A stretch of DNA of 64,000 nt, taken from the NCBI GenBank assembly GCA_963798915.1, contig CAWCVB010000005.1, forward strand, positions 409,291 through 473,290, read 5' to 3'. Below are positions 38,371 to 48,287 of this stretch, piece after piece. The number at the start of each line of letters is the position of its first letter. Position 1 is the first letter of the stretch. A model generated the notes under the pieces. The model ran no database searches. It saw only the letters and a list, made by a program, of their open reading frames with translations, and was not told the DNA's origin. The position numbers were made by a program, and so were the translations under genes. This DNA comes from an uncultured Gemmatimonadales bacterium (GTDB lineage Bacteria > Gemmatimonadota > Gemmatimonadetes > Gemmatimonadales > GWC2-71-9).

Positions 38371-39802
38371 CAGCGCCGTGGCAGACGGTGCACATCTCCG
38401 GATTCTTCCTCCGAAGCCGCTCCGCATCGAAGCCGGGACCATGCGGATTGAAGCGGCGCCCGCCGTTGGCCGAATGACAGGTGAGGCAGTCGCGCTCGAC
38501 ATGACAGCTCACGCAAGTCTCCAGGGACTGCCGGGCCGCCTTGCCGTGCCCGAGGAGGAAGGTCGGGTTGGCATCGTGATAGTTGCCCCGCAGCGGGCCG
38601 CTGGAGCGAAGCCCCGCCTCGGCATGGCAGGTCATGCAGAATGAGGCCGTGTTGTGGCAGGCCGCGCAGTCGGACGCGCGCGCAAATGCCGCGGCCGGGT
38701 GACGAGTGAGGAAGCCGGCCGGGTGATACTCCTGCGCGGTGCCGGGTGTCGGCACGTGGCAGTAGAGACACTCGGTCCGGGCGTGACAGGTGGCGCAGGT
38801 GCGCGGGGCCGCGCGAGCGAACGCCGCATGATCCTCGGAAAAATCAGCGCCATGCGTGGCGGGGCGCCGCCGGGTGACGACGGCACCGGTGGCCCGTCCT
38901 GGACCGGCCACGGCCAGGCGCTTCACTGCGCCGGGTTCACTCCCGGCATGGCAAGTGAGGCAGCTCTCCCGTGTGTGGCAGGTGGCACAGGTTGACGCCG
39001 TGCTGAGGCCCCGGCCATGTGACTGCAGGAAACCGGATGACTGGTGTGATTCGGGCGCCGCGAGGGTCGCTGCGATCGCGGTGGATCGCGGGTCGGGCGC
39101 GAGCGCCTGGATCGCCGGTGTCTCGGGCGCGTCCACATGACACTGCAGGCAGAAATTCCGGGCGTGGCAAGTTGCGCACGACGCCGCGACACCGTGGGTA
39201 GCCCCCATCGTGGCCAGACGTCCATGCCCGCTGCTGCCGAAGCCGGCAACCTGGTGCGACGCTGGCTCCGGGAAGCGAGCGATGTCCTGCCTTGAGAGCC
39301 GGGTCGCTTGGGACAACGGCACGTGACAGGTGGCACACGCCGTGTCCGGTGCAGCGAAGTGGCCGCCGGTCACACCGTGACAGGAGAGGCAGGCGCCGCT
39401 AACGGCAAGCGACACCTGCATCCAGCCCTTGCCAGGGGGGATGTGACAGGCAGCGCAGCGTTGTGCTGAATCGACGGCGATTCCGCGGGAGCGACTGTAC
39501 TTCGCGGCGTGCGCGGTGTGCTGGAAGTCGAGGTTGGTGGCCGGCAGTTCGGTCGGAGGCGTCCAATCCACCCGGCGCTCCACGCTCCCGTCGTGGCAGA
39601 TGGTGCAGGCCACGCCTGCGGGATATGGCTGGCTGCCGGTAAGCACGCCGGCATGACAGCTGGTGCAGCTCGGGAACAACTTGGCATGCTGGTCATGGTC
39701 AAAGCGATCGGTCTGTCGGCCCAGGCGGGCGCCGCCCAATCCGATGGCCGTGAGCCCGACCAGCGCGAGCGCCAGCCGCAGATGAGTTCGGATCCAGGTC
39801 AT
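38360..39802 (-). CDS. Multiheme cytochrome c, 16 CxxCH motifs
   Basis: N-terminal signal/anchor; 16 CxxCH counted by hand. Confidence 0.93.
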   Translation of the reverse strand: MTWIRTHLRLALALVGLTAIGLGGARLGRQTDRFDHDQHAKLFPSCTSCHAGVLTGSQPYPAGVACTICHDGSVERRVDWTPPTELPATNLDFQHTAHAAKYSRSRGIAVDSAQRCAACHIPPGKGWMQVSLAVSGACLSCHGVTGGHFAAPDTACATCHVPLSQATRLSRQDIARFPEPASHQVAGFGSSGHGRLATMGATHGVAASCATCHARNFCLQCHVDAPETPAIQALAPDPRSTAIAATLAAPESHQSSGFLQSHGRGLSTASTCATCHTRESCLTCHAGSEPGAVKRLAVAGPGRATGAVVTRRRPATHGADFSEDHAAFARAAPRTCATCHARTECLYCHVPTPGTAQEYHPAGFLTRHPAAAFARASDCAACHNTASFCMTCHAEAGLRSSGPLRGNYHDANPTFLLGHGKAARQSLETCVSCHVERDCLTCHSANGGRRFNPHGPGFDAERLRRKNPEMCTVCHGAAIP

Positions 39803-41298
39803 CGGCTGCGCTGCTCCGCGCCAGGCTTGCGCCGGCGCGCCGGGGGAAGCGGCGTCGTGCCGGCGCCACCGAAAAGCAGCGTAAGGCGGGCGTTGAGCCG
39901 AGTCTGGGTCCAGTCGAAGGCCGCGGCGTCCGGACGATCGCGGGTTTCCCAGTAACGCGCCACGCCGGCACCAGCCCGAATCCGGTCCGACGCATCCCAG
40001 TCCACCTCGAAGCCGACCGTGCTCACGGTTGCGTCGTCATACCGAAATTCCAGCGGTCGTTGAAGCGCGGCACCGTTGAGCTGAAATGAGAGCCGTGGAG
40101 CGGCGGTGTAGGTGACCGTGCCGTCGAGGCCTCGTGAGGCGGCGCCCGGCCCGAATTCGCGGTGCGCGCCAAGGTCGAACTGCCATTGCGGCGTGAGCCA
40201 GACCGATCCCCCTACAGTGGCGCGCCAGCCGGCGTCCTCGGCACGCACCAGCGGCGTCGACGCATCGCTGGCCTCAAACCAGTACCGCTCGCCCCGGGCG
40301 CGGAGCTCGATCCGGCGTCCAGGGCGTATCCAGACCGACCCGGCGATGCTGTTGAACGGCACCGGGCTGAACGCACCCCAGATGGTCCATAGATCGAAAT
40401 GCGGTCGGTAATGACGGGCGGCCAGCGCGACGGTCACCTGGGGACTGGCATAGCGCGCCTGGATGTCGGCGGTACCCCACAGGTTTGCCGCGATATCGTA
40501 CTCGCCTCCGCCGGCCAACGACATGTAACGGCCGACGCGAACGTCTCCCGAGAGTGCCATGCGCTCGGACACGAAGTAGTCGGAGCGTCCATCGAGCTCC
40601 CGCTGATATTCGAGGCGGAGATTCGTGCCGACGCCGCTGAAGCCGGCCGCCGCACCGTAAAGCCGGGTGCGCTGGTCTGGCCGGTACTCGTCGAGCGGGT
40701 TGAGGGCCGGGCTCGTGATCGGGAGCGCGGTGGCTCGTGCCAGGCCCCAGCCGGCGTAGGCTTCCGCCTCGACGCCGGATCTGCCCAGGCGGACTTTCGC
40801 CTGCGCACCATCGAACCCGGCGGCTCCGAGCCGCGTCAACATCGTCTGGCGCCCCACTCGCACCGTGACGGGCGTGGAAGCGTATTCCGCGTAGGCCTCG
40901 AGAAGTTGGGCCGACGGCTGCGTGCCAGGCCAGGCATTGCGGTCAGCCAAGTCAGTAAGCAGCCGGCCATCGAAATGCAGGCTGAGACGCGCCAGTCCAA
41001 GCCCCCAGACGGTCGCGACCGCTGATTGCGCGAATGGGGCGGCATGGACGACAGGGCCGGGCCGGAAGTAACGGCAGACACCGGCCGGATCACAGGACAC
41101 GGCAAAGCCAGCCTGGGTGACCGGGCCGCCGGTTGGTCCGGTCACGGTTTCCGCCTCCAGCACACTGTCTTCAACGACACCCCGGAAGTCCACCCGCTGT
41201 ATCCGGGAATCCAGGCGCAGGCTGTAGCCCTGGGCATGGAGTCCCGGTGCAACGCCGCCCAGTAGCACGGCGGCCACAGCCCATGCACGCACCCTCAT
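39799..41298 (-). CDS. Outer-membrane beta-barrel (putative porin of a porin-cytochrome complex)
   Basis: Signal peptide ending LHA-Q; long run of amphipathic aromatic-rich strands; overlaps both flanking cytochrome genes. Confidence 0.8.
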   Translation of the reverse strand: MRVRAWAVAAVLLGGVAPGLHAQGYSLRLDSRIQRVDFRGVVEDSVLEAETVTGPTGGPVTQAGFAVSCDPAGVCRYFRPGPVVHAAPFAQSAVATVWGLGLARLSLHFDGRLLTDLADRNAWPGTQPSAQLLEAYAEYASTPVTVRVGRQTMLTRLGAAGFDGAQAKVRLGRSGVEAEAYAGWGLARATALPITSPALNPLDEYRPDQRTRLYGAAAGFSGVGTNLRLEYQRELDGRSDYFVSERMALSGDVRVGRYMSLAGGGEYDIAANLWGTADIQARYASPQVTVALAARHYRPHFDLWTIWGAFSPVPFNSIAGSVWIRPGRRIELRARGERYWFEASDASTPLVRAEDAGWRATVGGSVWLTPQWQFDLGAHREFGPGAASRGLDGTVTYTAAPRLSFQLNGAALQRPLEFRYDDATVSTVGFEVDWDASDRIRAGAGVARYWETRDRPDAAAFDWTQTRLNARLTLLFGGAGTTPLPPARRRKPGAEQRSR

Positions 41299-43304
41299 GG
41301 GCTGCGTTTTCCGGTGAGCGCCGGACGATACGCGTCGGGTGGCTCGAGCAGATGGCACGTCGTGCATTCACGCTCCGGGAAGTGGCTCACCTGCTCGGTG
41401 TGGCAGGTGAGGCACAGGCTCCGCGTGGGATGCAGTTGCGCCACCGTGCCTGGTGCATGGCACGCGTCACAGGCACGGTGCCCCTCGACGGGACGCGCAT
41501 GCGCCGGACGCACGCTCGCGCCGGCATGACAGGTGGAACAGTCGCGTTGCTGCGTGTGATGCGCTTCGTGGCAGTTGGTGCACGTGACCACGGCCGCGGC
41601 AGGCGCCATCGAGACCCGAGCGGTGTGACAGGTGGTGCACGTCACGCTGTCGTGGGCGCTATGCTGGAAGGCCGCTTCGCGGACGCGCGGGGTCCGGATC
41701 CCGACCTGGACGGAGAGCGATTCAGGGATGGACGGCGCCAGGTCGTCGGCACCATGACAGGTGCGGCACGTGTTGGTAGCGGGTGCTTGATGGTGGCAGA
41801 TCTGGCAGCCGCGTGGCGGCTGGAAGGTCAGGCCGCCGTGGCCGGTGCTGGTCGAATGGCAGGTGAGGCAGGGGAGAGCGTGGTGGCGCGCATGCGAGAA
41901 CGTGTCGGCGCGGACGGTGCCGGCGGGGAACAGCGATGGGGAGTCACGCGTCGAGAATCCATCGCCGGCCGGCCTGAGGCCGGCCACCAGCTCAGGCGGG
42001 ACTGTGGCGCCCATCGATACGCGCTGGAGCGCCTTGGTCGTATCGAACGCTTCGGGCGGCCGCAGTTTCCCCCCGGTGCGCTCACGCACGGCCTCGTGAC
42101 ACCCGGTGCAGTCGCTGGCGTCCACCCTGGCCTGGTGTGGCAGGTGACAGGTCTCGCATTGCGTGGCGACGCTCCGGTGGCGCAGCCCCGTGTGGAAGGG
42201 GAACTTCTTCCAGTCCGCGTGGCAGCCGGCCGAGGCACACGACTTGAGGGCCGCGCCAGGCGTAGTCTGGCGGTGGGGGTTGTGGCAGGTGCCACAGGTG
42301 CCGTTGTGCGGGTCGTTTGCCGGATCGAACTTGGCCGTGAGGGCAAGCATCTGGTGGCATGACTGGCACTGCTCCATGTGAGGCACCAGCGTTCCCACGG
42401 CTGAGTCTCGGGTGGCCAGCCGCGGGACTTCCCGCGTGAACTGATGGCAAACGGTACAGTGGATGGTGGCCTGATCCGCCATCTTGCCAAGCCGGATGTT
42501 GACGCTGTCGACCAGGTGGCATCCCTGCTGGGCGCAAGTGGCGTTCACCGGCCGGAACCGGTGCGCAGTCTGGGCATGGCAGGTCAGGCACTCCAACTTT
42601 CCCCGGAGAGAATCGCTCTCCAGGTGGGCGCGGTGGCCTGCCGTCGAAGCAATCTGCTGCCACGTCTCCTTGGCATCCCCCCGGACGTGGCATCGCTCGC
42701 AGACATCGCGCGGTACCTTGGCATGCGGGGGGATTTCCTTGTCGCGGCGCCCTGACATCCAGAAGATCAGCTTGACCGCTTCCTTGGTCGGATGCAGCGC
42801 GTGGCAAACGTGACAGCTGAGGGTGTCGTGCTTGCCCTCCACCCGGTGCACCAGGCTGTAGTAGCCGGTATCCGGCAGCACCCAGGCTTCGCCGCTGCCG
42901 ACAAAGATGTGGCAACCGTTGCAGAACCGGTTGTCCTTCTCGATGAACTGGTTGGTGCGATAGCCCATGCCGGCGACGAGCAGCAGTACCACGCCAGCGA
43001 GTCCTGCCATGGCCAGCTTGAGCCCGAGCGATCGCGAGCTGAACCAGGTGCCGATGCCCCGGCGCTGAAGCCAGAGCCACCGGAGGACGACCACCGCCAC
43101 GATGACGGCGAGAATGGCTCCACCCCACATCAACCAGGGCGGCCGCTGGAAGATCCACTGGACGACGGTGATGACCGGGTCATCCAGTCGAGGGTGCGTG
43201 AGGATGGAGTCGAGCGCCACCTGCTGGCCAGCTCCCACAACACTGGAGTCCTGGCCAGGGGCCAGGACTCCAGTGAAGACTGCACGAATGGCGGCGCCGT
43301 ACAC
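41295..43304 (-). CDS. Inner-membrane-anchored multiheme cytochrome c, 18 CxxCH + 2 CX4CH
   Basis: Two N-terminal TM helices then NRFCNGCH, resembling a NapC/NirT-type start; motifs counted by hand. Confidence 0.9.
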   Translation of the reverse strand: MYGAAIRAVFTGVLAPGQDSSVVGAGQQVALDSILTHPRLDDPVITVVQWIFQRPPWLMWGGAILAVIVAVVVLRWLWLQRRGIGTWFSSRSLGLKLAMAGLAGVVLLLVAGMGYRTNQFIEKDNRFCNGCHIFVGSGEAWVLPDTGYYSLVHRVEGKHDTLSCHVCHALHPTKEAVKLIFWMSGRRDKEIPPHAKVPRDVCERCHVRGDAKETWQQIASTAGHRAHLESDSLRGKLECLTCHAQTAHRFRPVNATCAQQGCHLVDSVNIRLGKMADQATIHCTVCHQFTREVPRLATRDSAVGTLVPHMEQCQSCHQMLALTAKFDPANDPHNGTCGTCHNPHRQTTPGAALKSCASAGCHADWKKFPFHTGLRHRSVATQCETCHLPHQARVDASDCTGCHEAVRERTGGKLRPPEAFDTTKALQRVSMGATVPPELVAGLRPAGDGFSTRDSPSLFPAGTVRADTFSHARHHALPCLTCHSTSTGHGGLTFQPPRGCQICHHQAPATNTCRTCHGADDLAPSIPESLSVQVGIRTPRVREAAFQHSAHDSVTCTTCHTARVSMAPAAAVVTCTNCHEAHHTQQRDCSTCHAGASVRPAHARPVEGHRACDACHAPGTVAQLHPTRSLCLTCHTEQVSHFPERECTTCHLLEPPDAYRPALTGKRSP

Positions 43305-43318
43305 CGTGCCGACCAGGT

Positions 43319-44866
43319 CTAACGCATGGTGAGCGAACGGCGCGCCGGCTGCAGGCTCGAAGCCGGGAGCGGCTCGTCGAGCAAGCGCCGTGCAACGGCC
43401 GGCGGCGCGGGCAACGACGGATAGTTGGCCTGCATGTCCTTGATGCTTGCGCGCAGCAGCGCCTCGGCCAGGAAGGGATTGTGGACGCCAAGGCTCTTGT
43501 CGCCGTTGGCGTACAGTCCCTCGCCCACCAGGCGGGCGTTGAACTCGGCTCCTTCAGCAGACGTGATGATCGAGTCTCCGGCAAACTCTTCCGGATTGCT
43601 GCCCTTGATCGTCGGCAGATAGCCGGTGTCGGTGCCGGGATCAATGGCCTCGTTGCCATCCACATCCGTCCAGAGCACATCCGCCAGCGTCTTGAGCCGG
43701 TCACGCAGGTTGACGAGCAGCGACGCCGCCACGTCCTCCGATGCATGGCACCCGGAGTTGCTGCACGCGGCAAAGGTGCGCGCGCTGGTGGTGTAGCTGC
43801 AGCTGTTGTCGGCCACCGGCTTCCCGGTCCCATCAAGGCAGGGGATGGGCCGGAACAGGTGGCCGGTCGAGAAGATCTGCTCGCCAGTCAGGGTGTCGGT
43901 ATGCTGATAGGCATTGACGTGGCATCCGGCGCAGAGCCGCGGATTCCGCTCGGACGCATGGGACGTGAAGATCCGGGACGTGTCATATGCAAACCCGGCA
44001 GGGCGGTAGCCAGCGGTACCGAGAAGTACGGCGCCCTGCGGCGCGTGTGGCGTCGTTCCATGGCTCCCGCCGGCAGGTTCGGAGCGCCGGATGTGGCAGC
44101 GCATGCACAGGTTCAGCTCGGGATCCGGATTGGAGATCGAGAACCGGAGCTGCGACTCGTTGGGCGACCCATGCGGATCATGGCAGACTGCACACGTGGT
44201 GGCCATGGGTGTCGCGTCGTCATGTTCCACAAAGTTGGCATCCGCGTTCCAGGCTCGCAGGACCCCCTTGCCCTCGTGGCAGCTCTGGCATTCGGCGCGA
44301 CTCGCCGGCGAGGCAACCACCTGCGCATGGGCGGATTGTTTCCACTCATCGGCGAAGGGATTGTGGCCGCCCGAGTGGCACGCGGCGCAACTGGCAGCAG
44401 AATCATCCAGCGTCATGTGCGCCAACGGCACGTTACCGGGCAGGTCGGGGGCCTGCACATGCTCCAGCCCAGGGCCATGGCAGTTTTCGCACTGGACGTT
44501 ATGGTAGGCCGAATCCTCGACCAGATTCCAGCCGGCCGGTCCGGTGAGGCCGTTACCCTTCTCGTTCAGGGTATGGCAGCCAAAGCAGCTGGGCTGCGAA
44601 TGACCCGAGTTGATCAGCGTGGCATAGGCCTCGGCGTGCGCTGAGGTCTTCCAGTCCTTCCCGTGCTCGACATGGCAATTGCCACACGTCGTCTGGTTGC
44701 TGGCGACGTCGAACAGGCCAAGGAAGCCATTGATGCTGTCAGGTGGCGGGTTGAACGGCGGGCGGTCCCGGAAGACGATCTTGTCGGAACCGCAGCCTAC
44801 GAGCAAGGCGAGGGCCGTCAGGGTGAAACAGAGGAAGCTGGCACGGCGTCGGCTTGGCGCAGTCAT
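43319..44866 (-). CDS. Lipoprotein multiheme cytochrome c, 8 CxxCH + 1 CX4CH
   Basis: Lipobox LVGC; C-terminal helical region with DKSLGVHNP as in NrfA/ONR/OcwA-related proteins. Confidence 0.9.
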   Translation of the reverse strand: MTAPSRRRASFLCFTLTALALLVGCGSDKIVFRDRPPFNPPPDSINGFLGLFDVASNQTTCGNCHVEHGKDWKTSAHAEAYATLINSGHSQPSCFGCHTLNEKGNGLTGPAGWNLVEDSAYHNVQCENCHGPGLEHVQAPDLPGNVPLAHMTLDDSAASCAACHSGGHNPFADEWKQSAHAQVVASPASRAECQSCHEGKGVLRAWNADANFVEHDDATPMATTCAVCHDPHGSPNESQLRFSISNPDPELNLCMRCHIRRSEPAGGSHGTTPHAPQGAVLLGTAGYRPAGFAYDTSRIFTSHASERNPRLCAGCHVNAYQHTDTLTGEQIFSTGHLFRPIPCLDGTGKPVADNSCSYTTSARTFAACSNSGCHASEDVAASLLVNLRDRLKTLADVLWTDVDGNEAIDPGTDTGYLPTIKGSNPEEFAGDSIITSAEGAEFNARLVGEGLYANGDKSLGVHNPFLAEALLRASIKDMQANYPSLPAPPAVARRLLDEPLPASSLQPARRSLTMR

Positions 44867-45043
44867 ATTTGACCCTTGAGAGGGAATCTGCATACAATAC
44901 CTACGGACATCTGCGGAGTTTCGCAAGCGCTGTGGGTATCCCATGAGCGGATCGTCACATATTCTTCATGAAATCTGCGCTTCCCGGCCCCACTCTTCAT
45001 TGTTACAACCACACGGTCGTCGTCTCGTTATTCTAGGGGCTCT

Positions 45044-45731
45044 GTGATGAATCCACGGTTCTGCTCGGCGTGCGGGAGTCAGCTTCGGCCCGGCGGCCGC
45101 TTCTGCGGCGCATGCGGAGCGCCAGCCGATGGCGTCCCGGTGACGGCCTCAGGCGGAATGCGCCGCGTCGCCGGTCATCCTGGGTGCACTGGTGGTGCTG
45201 ACCGGGGTGGTGCTGCTGGCTCGGTCCCAGCGGCGGCCAGCGGAGCCGGACTCGTCGTTGGCATCGGCCGCCGGCGCCGGGGCGGTCATGCCACCTGACA
45301 TCAGTGGCATGTCGCCGCGCGAACGGTTTGACCGACTGTACAACCGCAGCATGACGGCAGCCGAAGCGGGCGATGCATCCACCCTGTCCACTTTTGCACC
45401 AATGGCCTTGCTGGCGTATGCCCAGCTCGACACCGTGGATGCCGATGCGCGCTATCATGCGGCCATGCTCCGGCTGCACACCGGAGACGTGCCCGGCGCT
45501 GCGGCGCTGGCCGATTCGATTCTGGCTGCAACGCCGGGCCACCTCTTCGGATACGTGATCCAGTTGACCGTGGCGCGCTGGCGGAAGGATACCGCCGCCG
45601 CCGCCGCCGCCCAGCGTGCCTTTGCGGCCCACTACGACGCCGAACTCCAGGCGGGCCGACCGGAGTACGCCGAGCACCGGACCATACTGGATGACACCCG
45701 CCGTGGCGCCTCGGCCACCGTATCGAACTGA
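45044..45731 (+). CDS. Zinc-ribbon, single-TM, helical periplasmic-domain protein (apparent +1 frameshift near 45150-45170)
   Basis: FCSACG...FCGACG in ORF 45044..45298; TM PVILGALVVLTGVVLL and helical domain in the frame of 45192..45731. Confidence 0.7.
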
Positions 45732-45809
45732 CGGGCCGGCGTCCATGCTGCTATGTTGCACGTGATTGCCCGGACGACGGGCATGACTGCCTCCCGGAGA
45801 TAGGTCGAC

Positions 45810-46238
45810 ATGAAAGCCGGAACCAAATTCCTGGTCGGGGCTGCGGTGATCGTCGCCGCGGTCAGCTGGCTCATCGTGGCTGGCGTGCGCGAGACCGGTG
45901 TCTACTACCTCACGCCCACTGAGCTGGCTCAACGGGCCTCGGTGGACTCGAGCTACTTCGGTCTTGGTGTACGGGTCGGCGGCGCCAAGGTCGTGCCGGG
46001 CTCCGTGACCCGGAACGTCGCGTCGCAGGACATCGACTTCCGCATTTCGGACGGCCGTCAACAGTACCCCGTGCACTATCACGGGATCGTACCCGACACC
46101 TTCACGGGTGCCGACGACATCGAGGTCATCGTTGATGGAAGCCTGGGGCATGATGGGGTCATACGCGCCACCGAAGTGCTGGCGAAATGCGGGTCGCGCT
46201 ACGAGGCGGCGGCCGAGGACGCGCGCCGCCAGGCCTGA
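45810..46238 (+). CDS. ccmE: Heme chaperone CcmE, CxxxY variant
   Basis: YYLTP, RVGG, YHGIVPDTF, EVLAKCGSRY. Confidence 0.93.
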   Translation: MKAGTKFLVGAAVIVAAVSWLIVAGVRETGVYYLTPTELAQRASVDSSYFGLGVRVGGAKVVPGSVTRNVASQDIDFRISDGRQQYPVHYHGIVPDTFTGADDIEVIVDGSLGHDGVIRATEVLAKCGSRYEAAAEDARRQA

Positions 46239-46244
46239 CGCACA

Positions 46245-48287
46245 ATGACCTTTCTCGGACAGTTCGCCCTCTGGACGGCGTTCCTGGTTGGTCTCTGGGG
46301 CGCCGTCGTGTCATTCTCCGGGCGCTGGCGCGAGCGGCCCGAGCTGGCGCGCAGCGTGCGCCGCTCGGTGTTCATGGTGTTCGCGGCCCTGGCCGTGGCG
46401 TCGCTGTGCCTCTGGAAGGGCCTGCTCGCGCACGATTTCAACATCGAGTACGTCTGGTCCTACACCTCGCGCAACCTGCCGACCTACTTTGTGGTGTCCG
46501 CGTTCTGGGCGGGGCAGAAGGGATCGCTGCTCTTCTGGGCCGTGGTGCTCTCCACCTTCGCAGCACTCGCGCAATTGCTGACGGCGCGCCGGCATGCGCA
46601 CCTCCTCCCATACGTGGCCGGCGTTACCAACTCGGTGGTGGCGTTCTTCGTGAGCGTCATGATCTTCGCTGCCAATCCCTTCAGCCGCCTGGACTTCACC
46701 CCGCTCGACGGTCACGGCCTGAATCCCCAGCTCCAGAACGTGGGCATGGTGATCCATCCGCCGATGCTCTACCTGGGCTACATCAGTGTCACGATTCCGT
46801 TTGCCTTTGCGGTGGCCGCGCTGCTCTCGCGCCGAATTGATTCGGGCTGGGTGGTCGCGATTCGCAAGTGGACCCTCGTGTCCTGGCTGTTCCTCTCGAT
46901 CGGCATCACGCTGGGGATGTGGTGGGCCTACGTTGAACTCGGCTGGGGCGGCTACTGGGCGTGGGATCCGGTCGAGAATGCCAGCTTCCTGCCCTGGCTC
47001 ACGATGACGGCCTTTTTGCATTCGGTGATGATTCAGGAAAAGCGCGGGATGCTGAAGCGCTGGAACCTTGGCCTCGTGGTGGGCTCGTTCCTGCTGAGCA
47101 TCTTCGGCACGTTCATCACCCGCTCGGGTGTCATTGCCAGCGTGCACAGTTTCACCCAATCCAACGTGGGCTATTTCTTCCTGGGTTTCCTGGCAATCGC
47201 GGGCGCGTTCTCGTACACGCTGCTGTACACCAGGTGGCCGTCGCTGGAACCCGACAGTCAACTGGAGAGCATGCTGAGCCGGGAGGCCGCCTTTCTCTTC
47301 AATAATCTGGTGCTAGTCGGGATCGCGTTCTCCGTCCTCTGGGGCACGCTCTTCCCGATTCTCTCGGAGTTGGTGCGAAACACCAAGATCACGGTCGGTC
47401 CGCCCTTCTTCAACAAGGTAAACATCCCGCTCGGGCTGCTGTTGCTGGCGCTGACCGGCATCGGGCCCCTCATCGCCTGGCGCCGGGCATCCCGCGCCAA
47501 CCTCCGGCGCCAGTTCACGGTGCCGCTGGGCGCGGGGCTTGGCACGGGCCTGGTGCTGCTCATTGCGGGCATGCGAGACCCGTACCCGATCATGGCCCTG
47601 GCCCTGGGCGGTTTCGTCACCGGCACGATCGGACAGGAGTTCTTCCGGGGGGTGCGTGCCCGGCGGCGGATGCACGGTGAGGGCGTGGTCGGAGCGCTGT
47701 TCCACCTGATTGCACGTAATCGGCGCCGCTACGGTGGCTACATCGTGCACGTGGCGATCGTCATCTACTTCGTCGCCTTTACCGGGATGGCGTTCAAGCG
47801 CGAGCGCGAAGCAACCTTGAAGCCGGGCCAGAGCATCCAGCTTGCCAGCCCCTTCGGCCATAACTACACGCTGACGCATGTGGGAGTCTCGCAATACAAG
47901 GCCTTGAACCGGTTTGTGACGGCCGCGAGCGTGCGCGTGAGCCGGGATGGCAAGGACCTCGGCATCATGACCTCCGAGAAGCGCCAGCATTTCACGGTGG
48001 AGAACGGCCAGGAAGTGGCCTCCTTCGAGCCGAGCACGGAGGTGGCAATCCGCAGCGACCTGCGCGAAGACCTGTATATCGTGTTTGCGGGCGCCGTCGA
48101 TGGCACCGAAGAGGCGGTCTACCGCTTCACCATCAATCCGCTGGTCTGGTGGGTCTGGTACGGAGGCGTCCTGCTTGCGATTGGCGGCCTGATCACGATG
48201 TGGCCGGGAGAGCCGCCGGGCACGACGCCCACACGCACGCAGGCAGGTTACACCGTGACGCTGGAAGGAGCTGGTGCCAGTGCCTGA
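46245..48287 (+). CDS. ccmF: Heme lyase CcmF
   Basis: IHPPMLY, WAYVELGWGGYWAWDPVENAS, SVHSF. Confidence 0.97.
   Translation: MTFLGQFALWTAFLVGLWGAVVSFSGRWRERPELARSVRRSVFMVFAALAVASLCLWKGLLAHDFNIEYVWSYTSRNLPTYFVVSAFWAGQKGSLLFWAVVLSTFAALAQLLTARRHAHLLPYVAGVTNSVVAFFVSVMIFAANPFSRLDFTPLDGHGLNPQLQNVGMVIHPPMLYLGYISVTIPFAFAVAALLSRRIDSGWVVAIRKWTLVSWLFLSIGITLGMWWAYVELGWGGYWAWDPVENASFLPWLTMTAFLHSVMIQEKRGMLKRWNLGLVVGSFLLSIFGTFITRSGVIASVHSFTQSNVGYFFLGFLAIAGAFSYTLLYTRWPSLEPDSQLESMLSREAAFLFNNLVLVGIAFSVLWGTLFPILSELVRNTKITVGPPFFNKVNIPLGLLLLALTGIGPLIAWRRASRANLRRQFTVPLGAGLGTGLVLLIAGMRDPYPIMALALGGFVTGTIGQEFFRGVRARRRMHGEGVVGALFHLIARNRRRYGGYIVHVAIVIYFVAFTGMAFKREREATLKPGQSIQLASPFGHNYTLTHVGVSQYKALNRFVTAASVRVSRDGKDLGIMTSEKRQHFTVENGQEVASFEPSTEVAIRSDLREDLYIVFAGAVDGTEEAVYRFTINPLVWWVWYGGVLLAIGGLITMWPGEPPGTTPTRTQAGYTVTLEGAGASA

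Noticed and set aside
44945..44975. Rex/FNR-like operator (tcgtcacatattcttcatga) between cytochrome and ccm operons
   Set aside because: Imperfect symmetry and spacing does not fit either consensus
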